The notes: generated by a model from the sequence alone, not told the origin. Shown: positions 30,410-41,645, numbered from the stretch's first letter. The stretch is 64,000 nucleotides of DNA from Planctomycetota bacterium (GCA_965223845.1 CBDCXR010000004.1:896001-960000), one strand, 5' to 3'. A program made the numbers and translations.

Positions 30410-31471
30410 ATGAGCTCTGAGCCGCTCGGAATCGCGATCATCGGCTGCGGGATGATCAGCGAGTTTCAATCGAAAGCGATCGAAGCACTGCCGGAAGCGA
30501 AGCTCATCGGCTACTACGACACGGTTTCCGACATGGCCGCGAAGCGCGCCGAACAGTTCGGCGCTCGGGCCTTCGATTCGGTCGCAGCGCTCGCCGAGGA
30601 TCCCGAAGTCGGCGCAGTTTCGATCTGTACCCCGAGCGGCGCCCACCTGGAGCCGGCGCTCACGGTGGCGGGGGCGGGAAAGCACCTCATGATCGAGAAG
30701 CCGCTCGAAATCACGACCGAGCGCATCGATCAAATCATCGCGGCGTGCCAGAAGAGCGGCGTGACGCTCGGCGCGATCTTTCCCCGCCGGTTTCAGGAAC
30801 CGAGCCGCATCCTCAAACGCGCCATCGACGACGGTCGCTTCGGGACGATTTCGCTCGCCGACGTCTACATCAAGTGGTATCGCACGCAGGAATACTACGA
30901 CCGGGGCGGGTGGCGTGGAACGTGGAAGCTCGACGGCGGCGGCGCGCTCATGAACCAGGGAATCCACGGCATCGATCTTCTCCAGTGGCTCATGGGAGGC
31001 GTGGCCGAGGTCGTCGCGCACACCGCTACGCTCTCGCACGAAAACATCGAAGTCGAGGACGTCGCGACGGCGAGCGTTCGTTTTCGCTCAGGTGCTCTAG
31101 GAGTCATCGAAGGGACGACGGGGAGCTGGCCCGGAGCAAAAATCCGTGTCGAGATCGGCGGATCAAAGGGGAGTGCGGTCCTCGAGGACGAAATCATCGT
31201 TCAGTGGACGTTCCAGGACGAGCGACCCGAAGACGAAGAGATCCGGGCCGAGTACGGACCGCGTGAGGGGCTCTCTGGAGGAGGTGCGAGCGACCCGAGC
31301 GCGATCGACTTCGAGGGCCACCGTCGCCAGTTCGAAGACTTCGCACGCGCGATCCGCGACGGCCGCCGCCCGTTCTGCGACGGCGTCGAAGCGCGAGCGG
31401 CGGTCGAGGTGATCACGGGGATCTACCGCTCCGCGAAGGCGAAGCGGTTCGTCGCCATCGGATCGAGCTGA
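30410..31471 (+). CDS. Gfo/Idh/MocA family oxidoreductase
   Basis: IIGCGMI, CTPSGAH, IEKPL, WRGTWKLDGGGALMNQGIH. Confidence 0.92.
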   Translation: MSSEPLGIAIIGCGMISEFQSKAIEALPEAKLIGYYDTVSDMAAKRAEQFGARAFDSVAALAEDPEVGAVSICTPSGAHLEPALTVAGAGKHLMIEKPLEITTERIDQIIAACQKSGVTLGAIFPRRFQEPSRILKRAIDDGRFGTISLADVYIKWYRTQEYYDRGGWRGTWKLDGGGALMNQGIHGIDLLQWLMGGVAEVVAHTATLSHENIEVEDVATASVRFRSGALGVIEGTTGSWPGAKIRVEIGGSKGSAVLEDEIIVQWTFQDERPEDEEIRAEYGPREGLSGGGASDPSAIDFEGHRRQFEDFARAIRDGRRPFCDGVEARAAVEVITGIYRSAKAKRFVAIGSS

Positions 31472-31489
31472 TCGGAGCGACCGCGTTCC

Positions 31490-34400
31490 CTACCGAGCGC
31501 ACGCGCCGAGATCGTCGGTTGTCGGATCGGTGCCGGCGCGAGGAAACGGCGGAGCGGGCGGCGCCCCGCGCGCGAAGGTGTACTCGAGGAGCGCGATCGC
31601 ATCGCGGAGGCGGAGCTCGCCGTCGTCATCGACGTCGCCCGAATCGGGACAGCGGAGTGGTCGACCGGCGAACAACGCACGCAGGATCGCGATCGCGTCG
31701 GAGACAGTGAGTCGAGCGTCGCGGTCGGTATCGCCGCGGACGAACGACTCCGGACCGACGCCGGCTCGGAGAGAGATGGAATCCACCCCGACGACTTCTC
31801 CCCGAGAGTCGAGGGCGGTCGCTCGAATGGCGTGCTCGCCGGGTTCGAGCCGGATCTCTGCGCGCCAGCGAAGTGCGTGCGACGCGCCGAGCGTCACCGA
31901 AGCGGCGATCGGCTCTTCGCCCGAGTGGAGCACCACGGCGTCGACTTCGAGGGGCGCGATCCCGCCGAGGCGAATCGGCTCTCCAGCCTCGAGTTCGTCC
32001 TCCGGGCGAGGCTCGACGATGGCGAAGGGAGCCTCCTCGCCCCGTCCGCCGGCGAGAACCGCTTCGAGGAGGCGACGGCGTTCGGCGATGAATCCTCCGG
32101 GCTGGGCGTGCCCGATTCCGGTTCGTCCCGCCTGCATCAGGCGCTCGACGAACGGCGCGAGAAATTCGGGATCGAACGCTCCGCGGACGAGACGATCGAC
32201 CGCGCGGTAGTAGCGTCGCTGAATGATCGGGCGATTGAGGAAGCGCGTGACTTCATCGAACGGGAGGAGATACCGGCTCTCTACGTTCGTCGAGAGCGCG
32301 GGCGGGAGGAAGCTCGCCGGGTTTCCGTAGCTGATCTCGAGGTCCCACGGGAGGAGGACCCACCCTCTCCGTTCATCGCGGTACCAGTACGCATTCTTTC
32401 CGCGCCGGGCGCCCCAGGTGTCGTGATCGTCGGTGTTCAATCGAACCGCGAGAACGCGCAGGATCGCGTCGACGTCGGCAACGGCGAAGATGGCATCGTC
32501 GAACTCCGGGTCGAGGAGGAGGCCCGGCGTCATCACCCGCGCGAAATCGATGAGAGTCCGCCAGTCGCTCGGGCGAGTACGCCCCCGTGGGCGAAAATAG
32601 CCGCGGTATTCCTCGACGTCGCCGCCGCGCCCGGGATCGCCGTAGGGGGGCGCACGCAGTCGAGAATCCGCGCTCGCGATCCGCCGCCCCGCATCGGAAA
32701 ACGTGTGGCGGTCGTCCATCTCGAAACGCGGTCCGCTCGTCTCGGGGAACCACCGCCGCACGAAGTCGCGGTTGGGAAGCGGAGTGTGGTCGCGCAAGCC
32801 GTCGACATTAGGCCAAACCTGCCAGCGAACGAGCCACGGATCGGCGAACGGCGTTGTTCTCCCTTCCTCGTTTTGAAAGCGGAGGAGGTAGTGCGAGAGT
32901 TTCTCTCGCCCGTCGCGTGCGCCGCCGCCTTGGTGCTCTTCCAGGTTGAAGCTTCGGTACTCGCCGAACAGACGGTCGTCGCGCGGGAACTCGATCCGCC
33001 AGCTCCCCGACCAGCGCGTGCGCGCGAAGGGGCTCCCGGAAAACCGGACCCCGGCGCCGTAGTGAATTCGCTCGCCGTCGACCACGATCGTCGCCGGGAG
33101 GAGGTGGTTCGAGTGGAGCGCCCGCGCTTCGAGGAGCCGAGTCGTTTGTGGCGAGATGAACGCGGCGTAGGACAAGATCGCCGCGCCTTCGAGCACGCGC
33201 GCCGGCAGGTGACGGTAGACGAGGAAGGCGTCGTTCTCTCGACTCTCGAGCGAATGCGTGCGTGATTCCGGAAGTGGCGGGAAGCGCGCGACCGTCCCGC
33301 GTTCGTCTTCCGACTCGACGGCGAACTGCACCGAAGCTCCCTCCGCCTGACCGGGGATCGCGGCTGCGTACTCGTCGCGTTCGAGAGTTTTCTCCATCGG
33401 AACGCGCGACTCGCGATCGCTGTCGCCTGTCCGATAGACGAGAGTCGCGCGGGCGATTCCGTCCGGATCTCGAACGCGCGCGGTCACCGTAACGGGGTGA
33501 TCCGCGATCGGCGTCGCCGGCGACTCACCCGAGCCGCGGTGCCGCACGCGGTCGATCGCCGGACCGACATTGTTCGTTCCTTCGCGGAGAGCCTGGCGGA
33601 GCGCGACCGAGTTGGTGCGTCCGGGCGTTCCGAGACGTTCGGGTACCGAGAGCGCGAGCTCCGCGGCGAAGCTCGGAGATCGAGTTCCGGTCACGGCCCC
33701 GCGGACGAGAAGAGTCGGGGAGCCGGCGATCCAACGCGAGAGAAGCCGGACGGAGTACCGTGCGCCGAGCTCGAGCGCGGGAAGTGCCGCGTCGGTAGTT
33801 TCGACGCGATTCACTTTTTCGTCGCCGCTGCCGCTCGAGGCGAGGTGCAGCGAGGAAGTGCCGCGGAGGGCGTCGTCGCGCCGGATGGCCGAGAGAACGT
33901 GCGTTCCCTCGATGCGCCAGAGTGTTTCAGGAGCCGCGGGGTCGATCTCGAAGTCACCTCCACGAAGTAGATTGTCGCCGAGACTTCGCCGAATCCACCC
34001 GCGAACGAGGCGAGCTTCGAGCCGCAGGTCGTCGCCAGTGCGGGACGCGTTGTGAACTTCGATTGCGAGTGAGTTTTCGCCGGGGTGAAGTCGATCCTTC
34101 GCTCCGGCGATCGCCACTCGAATCGTCCGGTGCTCGGACGCGAGCGCGACGCTGTTCGCCTCGAGAAGAGCGGGAAGGTTCGCGCGGGCGACGGGGACGC
34201 CGTTCAGATACGCCGCGAACCCGTCGTCGTACTCGACCTCGAGAACGAGAGCCTGCTCGTCGAGGGCGCGGAGATCGTCTGCGGACACGAAAAAGCTCGT
34301 TCGTGCAAAGAGCGCGACCGGTCGGTCGCCCCCCTCATCTGCCGGCAGGTTCGTGCCCTCGTCCCCGAAGCCGAATCCGAGCGGTGCAGGTCCCGCACCC

Positions 34401-36043
34401 TTCAGCCGCGCCGTCGTCCTCCAATCGGGAGGGAGAGGATCTGTCGAGGTCTCGTACGCCCAGTTCGAACGTTCGGCGACGAGCGTCGCCTCGACGCCGA
34501 CACGTTCCTCGATTCGCCGAAGCTCGATCTCGTCGACAAGCGTGATCCCGCGACGAGGGAGGATCAGGTGAAGCTCTGATTCTCCACCGGAGTATTCCCC
34601 TTCGGCCGTGAGCACAGTCGGCTCTGCGGCGCTCGATTCGTCGCTCGCGTCCCAGGTCGCTGGACAGTCGCTCGGAGCGAACGGATCGATGCGCTCGAGC
34701 GTCGACCCGCCGCCATCGGCCCAGCGCGGCCATCGTCCGCCGTCGTGGTACTCGACGGCATCGACGAGATTCCCGTCCGCGTCCCGGAGCACGATGCGCT
34801 CCGAGCGATTCGAGAGCTCACCGAAGTCGGCACGCGCGTCCGGTGTCGCCGGACCGACGAGGAGCTCGGGGGCGAGAACGGCATCCAGATCGTAGATCGC
34901 GCGGATCTCCTCCGGCTCACGCGCGACGACGAGGAAACTGCCGCTCGGAACTGAGATCTCAGGCAGCTCGAAGCGGATTCCGCTCGTGAAGCGCCAGCCA
35001 GCGACGGACACGGCGGCGGCGCCGTAGTTGAAGATCTCGATGAACTCGCCCTCATCGCCGCCGGTGAGCGGGTGATACTGAATCTCGTTGATGACGACCG
35101 TGTGCTCGATCGGGAGGCGATTCGGTGCGCTGCGAGTGGGTGCCGCTGCGGGTTCGACTTCGCGCGCACCGTCGGGGATCGACGCAGCGCTTCGCCCGGT
35201 GGGGGCGGAGGAGTACCAGCGTGCGTCCACGACACGATCGTCCGGATCGAGGAGGACGATGAGGATCTCGTCGTCTCTCATCGCGAGGGAAACCCCGAGA
35301 GCATCCTCTCCGAGAGCGAGAAACGGCGTGTCGGCGGCGCGGAGGAGGGTGCGATCTTCGATCACCGCGGTGTGATCTCCGATCGCGAATCGATACCCGG
35401 CGAGGTTCACATCGGCGGCGCCGGCGTTGTAGATCTCGAGGTAGCGATCGTCCGCGTCATCCGTCGCCGAATAGAGCTCGTTGAGTCGAAGGGAAGACTC
35501 GGCCACTCGCCGGTCGACGCGCCCCGGCGATCCCCGGCGCTCGGTGCTCGGCACCCAGCTCGCCGGATGGTCGACGCGCTCGTACGGACTGGCGAGGACG
35601 AGTGAGCTCCCCGCGCCGTCGGCCGCCGCTGGCCACCGGCCGCGATCGGAGTAGCGAACGCTCGTGATGGCGACGCCGCTCGCTTCGCAGAGGGTGACGC
35701 GTTCGCCGTCGTTGTCGAGCGCGCCACGAAAGTCGCCGACGACCGCCTGGGTCCCGAGCTCGCGGCGAGCGAGATCGGTGTTTCGCGCAACGACGATGAC
35801 CTCCCCCGCGTCGAGAATCGTTCGCTCCTCGAAGCGAAACTCGATTCCTTCGCAGAAGTATCGTCCGGTGAGATCGACTGGCTCCGACGTCTCGTTGTAG
35901 AGCTCGATGTACTCGAGATCGGACGGCTCGCCGGGACCCGGGTGGTAGTAGATCTCCGTGATGCGAAGGGCCCTTGCCGGCGTCGAAAGTGACGCGAGGG
36001 CGAGCGCGGTCGCCGCGAGTAAGCCGAGATTTCGCCGAAGCAT
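31490..36043 (-). CDS. Secreted lamin-tail-domain (LTD) + CotH kinase-like + dockerin-like protein
   Basis: Signal peptide; repeated (I/L)(T/N)E.yY...EyiE.yN LTD units; D..D....GKN.YWY and W.L.PWD.E CotH-like motifs; C-terminal FVRGD..SDAI..LF..C.D..DVDDDG. Confidence 0.85.
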   Translation of the reverse strand: MLRRNLGLLAATALALASLSTPARALRITEIYYHPGPGEPSDLEYIELYNETSEPVDLTGRYFCEGIEFRFEERTILDAGEVIVVARNTDLARRELGTQAVVGDFRGALDNDGERVTLCEASGVAITSVRYSDRGRWPAAADGAGSSLVLASPYERVDHPASWVPSTERRGSPGRVDRRVAESSLRLNELYSATDDADDRYLEIYNAGAADVNLAGYRFAIGDHTAVIEDRTLLRAADTPFLALGEDALGVSLAMRDDEILIVLLDPDDRVVDARWYSSAPTGRSAASIPDGAREVEPAAAPTRSAPNRLPIEHTVVINEIQYHPLTGGDEGEFIEIFNYGAAAVSVAGWRFTSGIRFELPEISVPSGSFLVVAREPEEIRAIYDLDAVLAPELLVGPATPDARADFGELSNRSERIVLRDADGNLVDAVEYHDGGRWPRWADGGGSTLERIDPFAPSDCPATWDASDESSAAEPTVLTAEGEYSGGESELHLILPRRGITLVDEIELRRIEERVGVEATLVAERSNWAYETSTDPLPPDWRTTARLKGAGPAPLGFGFGDEGTNLPADEGGDRPVALFARTSFFVSADDLRALDEQALVLEVEYDDGFAAYLNGVPVARANLPALLEANSVALASEHRTIRVAIAGAKDRLHPGENSLAIEVHNASRTGDDLRLEARLVRGWIRRSLGDNLLRGGDFEIDPAAPETLWRIEGTHVLSAIRRDDALRGTSSLHLASSGSGDEKVNRVETTDAALPALELGARYSVRLLSRWIAGSPTLLVRGAVTGTRSPSFAAELALSVPERLGTPGRTNSVALRQALREGTNNVGPAIDRVRHRGSGESPATPIADHPVTVTARVRDPDGIARATLVYRTGDSDRESRVPMEKTLERDEYAAAIPGQAEGASVQFAVESEDERGTVARFPPLPESRTHSLESRENDAFLVYRHLPARVLEGAAILSYAAFISPQTTRLLEARALHSNHLLPATIVVDGERIHYGAGVRFSGSPFARTRWSGSWRIEFPRDDRLFGEYRSFNLEEHQGGGARDGREKLSHYLLRFQNEEGRTTPFADPWLVRWQVWPNVDGLRDHTPLPNRDFVRRWFPETSGPRFEMDDRHTFSDAGRRIASADSRLRAPPYGDPGRGGDVEEYRGYFRPRGRTRPSDWRTLIDFARVMTPGLLLDPEFDDAIFAVADVDAILRVLAVRLNTDDHDTWGARRGKNAYWYRDERRGWVLLPWDLEISYGNPASFLPPALSTNVESRYLLPFDEVTRFLNRPIIQRRYYRAVDRLVRGAFDPEFLAPFVERLMQAGRTGIGHAQPGGFIAERRRLLEAVLAGGRGEEAPFAIVEPRPEDELEAGEPIRLGGIAPLEVDAVVLHSGEEPIAASVTLGASHALRWRAEIRLEPGEHAIRATALDSRGEVVGVDSISLRAGVGPESFVRGDTDRDARLTVSDAIAILRALFAGRPLRCPDSGDVDDDGELRLRDAIALLEYTFARGAPPAPPFPRAGTDPTTDDLGACAR

Positions 36044-36238
36044 TTGCGATCGACCGCGGAGCGACGTTCTCGATTCAGGCCGCCGGCGAGCCGCCGGCGA
36101 ACGGAGTCCTCGATCTATCCCACACGCGCCATTCGGTACGGCGGCAGCGGAAAACGTGCGCGTCTCCGGGGGAACTCTTCCGCCCTCGGAGACGCGCTGT
36201 CTTCGTCCGCCCGCCCGACTCGATCGTGACGGGCCGAG

Positions 36239-39200
36239 CTACGGCACGGGAATCCCTTCCGTACAGGTGAGCAGATCCTCGGTCGTATCCTCTCCTGGGC
36301 CCGGGAACGGGTTCGCGGGCGGCGCGCCGCGCTGGAAGAGGTAGCCGAGCGTCGCGATCGCGTCGGTCTGGTTGACGGATCCGTCATCGTTGGTGTCGGC
36401 CGCGTCGCGGCATGGGATCGTCTTCCCACCGAAGAGGTGGAGCAGCGTGTGAATCGCGTCCGTGATGTTGATCTTTCCGTTCAGATCGACGTCCCCTCGA
36501 ATGAAGAGTGTCGCCGAGTGGCCTGCGGTGACCTCGATCGACGTCCGAGCGACGAAGTTCTGGTGGGAGTCGAAGCCGAGGAACTCGACGGTGTGGGTAC
36601 CGGCCGGAACCTCGCCGGTCGCGATCCAGCCGAAGAAATCGTCGTTCTTGAACCTGACGTCGAGAAGGTCGGTGTCCTCATCGTCGATGCGGACGGACAT
36701 CGAGAAGATATCGACCGGCGCGATTCCTTCGATGGTGATGCGCGGGTCGATGACCTCGATCGGCGCGCCGTCGTTGGTCGTTACCTCGAAGGGCACGCTC
36801 GCCGAGTTCGTCGAACGGAGATCTTGAACGAGGTTTCGCTTCCGCCGGTCCACGTACCCGTTCGGCTTCGCGATTCCGGTGTTCGTCATCCCGGCCTGGT
36901 CGAGGCTCGAGGCGTACGGCGCCAGAAACGAGCCGTCAAAATGAGCCGCGACCATCTCGTTCAGGATTCCGTAGTACATGCGCTTGATCCGCGGCCGGTT
37001 CACGAACCACGTCGCCTCGCGGAACTTGTCCATGTTCCAGGTCGGGTTGCTCGACTGGCTCACTCGCGGCGGACGGAAGGCGTTGATGTCACCGTAGGTG
37101 AGCTCCATGTCCCACGCGAGGAGCACCCAGCGTCCATGGTTCGGCGGGAGGTACCAGTAGCAGTTTTTGCCGCGCCGACCGCCCCAAGTGTCCCAGTCGT
37201 CGGTATTGAGGCGGACCGACCAAATTCGGAGGATCTCCTCGACGTCGGCGATCTCCCAAATGCGCTCGTCGAACTCTTCCTCCGAGAGAATGTTCGGCGT
37301 CATGACGCGACAGAACTCGATGAAGTCCGTCCAGTCGTCGAACGGATTCCCGCCGCGCGGCATGAAGAAGTAGCGGTACTGCTCCTTGTCCGCGCCGAGC
37401 GTCGGCGAGCCGACCGGCGGGTAGCGCACGAAAGCGTCGTTACTGGCTTGTCGCGTGCCGGAGTCGGTGATCGTGTGCCGGTCGTCCATCTCGAGAAACG
37501 GTCCGGTGTGATCGTCCGGATACCACTGCTCGAGAAACTCCCGGTTCGGCATGCCGTAGTGCTCGCGCGGCTCGTTGACACGGCTGTTCACCTGCCACTG
37601 GGCGAGCCAGAGCCTCGAGTACGGGACGCGAGTTTGGCCGGTGTTGCTGAAGCGAAGCAGATAGTGGGAGACCCGCTCGCGTGCGTCGCGCGCGCCGGAG
37701 CCCTGATGGTCCTCCATACCGAACTTCTTGATCTCACCCCAGAGCGGTTTGTCGCGCGGCATGCGGACCCGCCAGCTCTCACTCCACGCTTGGCGCGCCC
37801 AGGGACTGCCGGAGAAGCGGACCTTGGAGTTGTAGTAGACGTCCTCGTTGCCAAAAACGAACGTCGCGTCGATGAGGTCGTTCGAATGGAGCGGACGCCG
37901 GGAGAGAGCAAGCTCGTTCCCCTTGTGCATGAAGCAGCGATAGGAAAGCAGCCGGCCGTTGTAGCGCGCGTCGTGTGCGTAGACGGCGTAGTTCGGGTCG
38001 ATGATCGCCGGGTCCTCCGGATCGCGCCGAGGCGCGTGAGTCGCGGCGAGGTAGTCGCGGGGGAAGCGTCCCGTGCGTCCCTTCGTGTCGGTCGCGGTTA
38101 CGTAGTAGACGACGAGCTTTCGTCGCTCCTGACCCGGAATAGTCGCAGTGTAGACGCCGTCGCTGTCGTCATCTTCCATCGCCAGGGAGACGAGCCCGTC
38201 GGCCGCATTCAGCTCGGGGTTGTCGATGCTGTAGTGAAGCATCACGGTCGCGAGGCCATCCGGATCGAAGACCTTCGCTTCGACCGTCACGACCTCACCC
38301 GCGTCGGGAATCGCCGGGGAGTGCTTGACGTTCGTCAGGACGGGGCCGGTGTTCACGTCGCCGAAGCGATCGATTTGTCGCTGAGTGACGGAGTTGATCG
38401 CACCCGGCGTTCCGAACTGCGTCGGGATCGCGAGCTGGTGCGAGGTCGCGTACGAGGGCGAGACGGTGTTGGTGTACTTTCCGTGAGTGAGGAGCGCGGC
38501 GACGCCGACGACCCACTTTGCCTTCAGGCTGACGCGGTACTCCGCACCGGGTGTGAGTCGAGCGAGTCCGGTATTGGACGTTTCGATTCGGTTTACCTTG
38601 TTGTCGCCGTTTCCCGTCGAAATGATCTTGAGTGAGCCATCACCGCTGATCGACTGCTTCGTCGTCCGGCCCGAGTGGACGTGCGTTCCTTGAATCACCC
38701 AGGAACGCTGATAATCGTCGGTCTCGAACATCCCGTCGGTGAGGAGGTTCGGTCCGTCCTCGTGCACGTACTCGCCGTTGACGAGCTGGCCTGCGAAGCG
38801 GACGTCGTTGCTGTTCGTCGTCGAATTGAGGACCTGCACCGCGAGAACGTTTCGCCCCTCGACGAGGAGCTCGGTGAGGTGCGTCCAATCGAGCTGAAGC
38901 TCTGCGGTCTCGCGCGAGCGCCGGGCGCGGTCGTCGAACGCGGGAACTTCGTCGTCTTCGACGCGTAGATTCTCGTTGTATACGTGTTGGCCGTTCAGGA
39001 AACAGGCGAAACCGTCGTCGTACTGAACGTCGAAGATGAAGTTCGTCATATTGGCGATGTCGTCCGCCGTCAGTTCGAACTCCTGGCGGAAGAACAGCGA
39101 CGTGTACTCGCCGCGCATGTCGTCGATGACCGTAGTCTCGTCGTCTTCGCCGTAGCCGATGATCGCCCGCCCTTCGAGCCACCCGTCATCGTCGAACTCG

Positions 39201-40894
39201 GTTTGCGCCCAGTCCGCCGGCGGAGCCTCTCGGCCCTTGAAGTAGCGCCACGACGACTGCGCGGGAATGAACGTCTTGAACACATTGACGCGCGTCGTCC
39301 GCGTCGTCATCTGGATGTCGTCGACGATCGTGATGCCGCGTCCGGGGAGGACGAGATGCAGCTCGGACTCGTCGGTCCCCTGAACGAACGTTCCGGTGTA
39401 TTCGAACTCGGTGACCGGCGCGCGGTGCGAATCGTCGCTCGCGTCCCACGCGTGTCCGGCATTGTTGTCCTGGTAGGGGTCGATCAGCTCGAGGCTCGAG
39501 CCGCCCGCGTCGGGCCACGCCGGCCATTCTCCGCCGTCCTGGTACCGCACGGAGTCGGCGACGTTGCCGATCGAATCGAGCAGCGTCACGCGCTCCCCGC
39601 CGTTCGCGAACCGGCCGTAGTCCTCGACCGCTTCGGGAGTCTCCGGACCGATGACCTGGCTCGGTGACAGCTCGTAGGTTTCGCGAATCAGCTCCGGGTT
39701 TCGCGCGATGACGAGGTAGCTACCGGCGGGAAGCGAGACCGCGGGGAAGCTGAAATCGATGCCCTCGTCGAACGCCCAACCGGTGAGATCGACGGTGGAT
39801 TCGCCGCGATTGAAGATCTCGACGAATTCCTTCTCCTCATCCCCGTCGAGCGGGTTGTAGTGGATCTCGTTGATGACGATCGAACTCTCGACTTCGATCC
39901 GATTGACGGCGCCGGGCGTTGGCTGCGCGAACTCGGAGATCGATTTCGTGCCGTCTGGAACTCGCGCCTCGCTCAGCCCTTCGACGCGCGGCCGAAAGAT
40001 GCGCGCGTCGACGACGAGATCGCCGGTCGGATTCGTGAGAATGAAATACACGCGCTCGCCCGCCTCGGCGACCGAGAGGTCGAGCCCTAGCTCCGATTCC
40101 GTGAACGAGATGTGCGACTGGCCGCGGAGTACGGTATCGGCGGGGATTTCGACCTGCTTGAGATTGCCGCGGTCGATGCTCAAGTAGTAACCGGAGAGAT
40201 CGACCTCTGCTTCCCCTCGGTTGTAGAGCTCGACGAAGCGCTCCTCGCCGTCCGCCACCATCGAGTAAAGCTCGTTGAGAACGACGGGGACTCGATCGTT
40301 TTCCGCCGGGTTCTCTTCTCCGGGGGAGCCACCGAGCACACTGCTCGCGCTCCAATTGTCCGGGTCAGCCTGCTCGCCGTACGGACGCTCGATTTCGAGC
40401 GAATGACCGGTCCCGTCGGCGGCTCCCGGCCACTTGCCGCGATCGTTGTAACGCAGGGTCGCGATGACGACGCCCGCGTTGTCGCAGAGCGAGACGCGCT
40501 CTCCGCCGTTCGCGAGACGCGCGCCGTCCGCCATTCCGTCTTCGCCGACGATGCCCCACGGGCCTACGACGTTTCTGAGGTCCGGATGCTGTTCCTTGAG
40601 CGCGTCGGGATCCGCGGCGATCACGAGATACGCCCCCGCGGCGAGGAATCGCCGGTCGGCGAACACGAACTCGATCCCTTCGCAGAAGTGGTAGCCGAAG
40701 AGATCGACGGCATTCGGCTCTTCGTTGAAGATCTCGATGAATTCGAGGTTCGGTCCGTCCGCGGTCGTCCCGGCCGGGTTGTACATGATTTCCGTTATGC
40801 GGACGGCGAACGCGGGGCTCGCTAGCCCGACGATCAGCGCTGCGAGCGCGATCATTCGGATGGACGACGGGCGGCGTGCGATTCTCATCGACAT
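36239..40894 (-). CDS. Secreted LTD + CotH kinase-like + dockerin-like protein (tandem paralogue)
   Basis: Same collinear architecture as 31490..36043; DDWDTWGGRRGKNCYWY, WVLLAWDMELTYG; C-terminal FIRGDVD..ITDAI..CRDAADTNDDG. Confidence 0.88.
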   Translation of the reverse strand: MSMRIARRPSSIRMIALAALIVGLASPAFAVRITEIMYNPAGTTADGPNLEFIEIFNEEPNAVDLFGYHFCEGIEFVFADRRFLAAGAYLVIAADPDALKEQHPDLRNVVGPWGIVGEDGMADGARLANGGERVSLCDNAGVVIATLRYNDRGKWPGAADGTGHSLEIERPYGEQADPDNWSASSVLGGSPGEENPAENDRVPVVLNELYSMVADGEERFVELYNRGEAEVDLSGYYLSIDRGNLKQVEIPADTVLRGQSHISFTESELGLDLSVAEAGERVYFILTNPTGDLVVDARIFRPRVEGLSEARVPDGTKSISEFAQPTPGAVNRIEVESSIVINEIHYNPLDGDEEKEFVEIFNRGESTVDLTGWAFDEGIDFSFPAVSLPAGSYLVIARNPELIRETYELSPSQVIGPETPEAVEDYGRFANGGERVTLLDSIGNVADSVRYQDGGEWPAWPDAGGSSLELIDPYQDNNAGHAWDASDDSHRAPVTEFEYTGTFVQGTDESELHLVLPGRGITIVDDIQMTTRTTRVNVFKTFIPAQSSWRYFKGREAPPADWAQTEFDDDGWLEGRAIIGYGEDDETTVIDDMRGEYTSLFFRQEFELTADDIANMTNFIFDVQYDDGFACFLNGQHVYNENLRVEDDEVPAFDDRARRSRETAELQLDWTHLTELLVEGRNVLAVQVLNSTTNSNDVRFAGQLVNGEYVHEDGPNLLTDGMFETDDYQRSWVIQGTHVHSGRTTKQSISGDGSLKIISTGNGDNKVNRIETSNTGLARLTPGAEYRVSLKAKWVVGVAALLTHGKYTNTVSPSYATSHQLAIPTQFGTPGAINSVTQRQIDRFGDVNTGPVLTNVKHSPAIPDAGEVVTVEAKVFDPDGLATVMLHYSIDNPELNAADGLVSLAMEDDDSDGVYTATIPGQERRKLVVYYVTATDTKGRTGRFPRDYLAATHAPRRDPEDPAIIDPNYAVYAHDARYNGRLLSYRCFMHKGNELALSRRPLHSNDLIDATFVFGNEDVYYNSKVRFSGSPWARQAWSESWRVRMPRDKPLWGEIKKFGMEDHQGSGARDARERVSHYLLRFSNTGQTRVPYSRLWLAQWQVNSRVNEPREHYGMPNREFLEQWYPDDHTGPFLEMDDRHTITDSGTRQASNDAFVRYPPVGSPTLGADKEQYRYFFMPRGGNPFDDWTDFIEFCRVMTPNILSEEEFDERIWEIADVEEILRIWSVRLNTDDWDTWGGRRGKNCYWYLPPNHGRWVLLAWDMELTYGDINAFRPPRVSQSSNPTWNMDKFREATWFVNRPRIKRMYYGILNEMVAAHFDGSFLAPYASSLDQAGMTNTGIAKPNGYVDRRKRNLVQDLRSTNSASVPFEVTTNDGAPIEVIDPRITIEGIAPVDIFSMSVRIDDEDTDLLDVRFKNDDFFGWIATGEVPAGTHTVEFLGFDSHQNFVARTSIEVTAGHSATLFIRGDVDLNGKINITDAIHTLLHLFGGKTIPCRDAADTNDDGSVNQTDAIATLGYLFQRGAPPANPFPGPGEDTTEDLLTCTEGIPVP

Positions 40895-41645
40895 TTCGGT
40901 TCCCTCGGTAATCTCTGGACGCGCTGTCGGTGGCGGCTCTCGTCCGAGCCGGGATGCGAGCGCGCCATCTCCATGTCCCCGCGTAGCTCGACAACGTCTG
41001 CTGCCGAGGCGTCTTTACGCAATCTTCTCGGAAAATCTCCCACGGTGCCCAGAACCAAGCTCCGTCGGTCTCGCTTCGCGGACCGATCGGGAGCACCCAA
41101 AATCCAAACGTCCATTGTAGACGCCGGGAGCGCCGTAGAGAAACGGTGACACTGGTCGATTCGAACCCCGACGACGCGAAGGCGCTGCGCCGAACTAACG
41201 AATTGTCCTAGAGTCCATGTTCCCAAAAAGTTAGGAAAGTTGGCGGCGAGAGCCAACGGTTTACTAGACACCAGACTGGCGCGTAGAATCGTGCCGTGAC
41301 GCCTTCGGATCGGAGTGGAGACGACGAAAGTCGATCCGAGAGGCGGCCGCGGACGTGAGAGACCGCAGCCGCGATGGGCGAGAGGAGCTCTGCCGGGAGG
41401 ACGGAGGAAGTCCCATTCGGCCGTCGTCTTGCCCGCACGGTGGGGAGATGGCCGGGTGCGTCCTCTTGGCCCGCGCTCGCGGCTTCGGTCGAAGTGACGC
41501 GCCGCTCGGAATGGTCGTGGCGGCCGCGATCGAATGACCCGAAACTGAGGATCGTCTATTCAGGGTGCGAATGCGCTCGAGGATCCGTTCTCGAGCTGCG
41601 TCCGCCGGGTCGACGCGCGTAGAGGAAACACTAGGGGATGCGCAA

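Noticed and set aside
41150-41175. GGTTCGAATC (tRNA T-loop-like) on the minus strand
   Set aside because: The flanks do not form a T-stem or cloverleaf; not a tRNA or selC.
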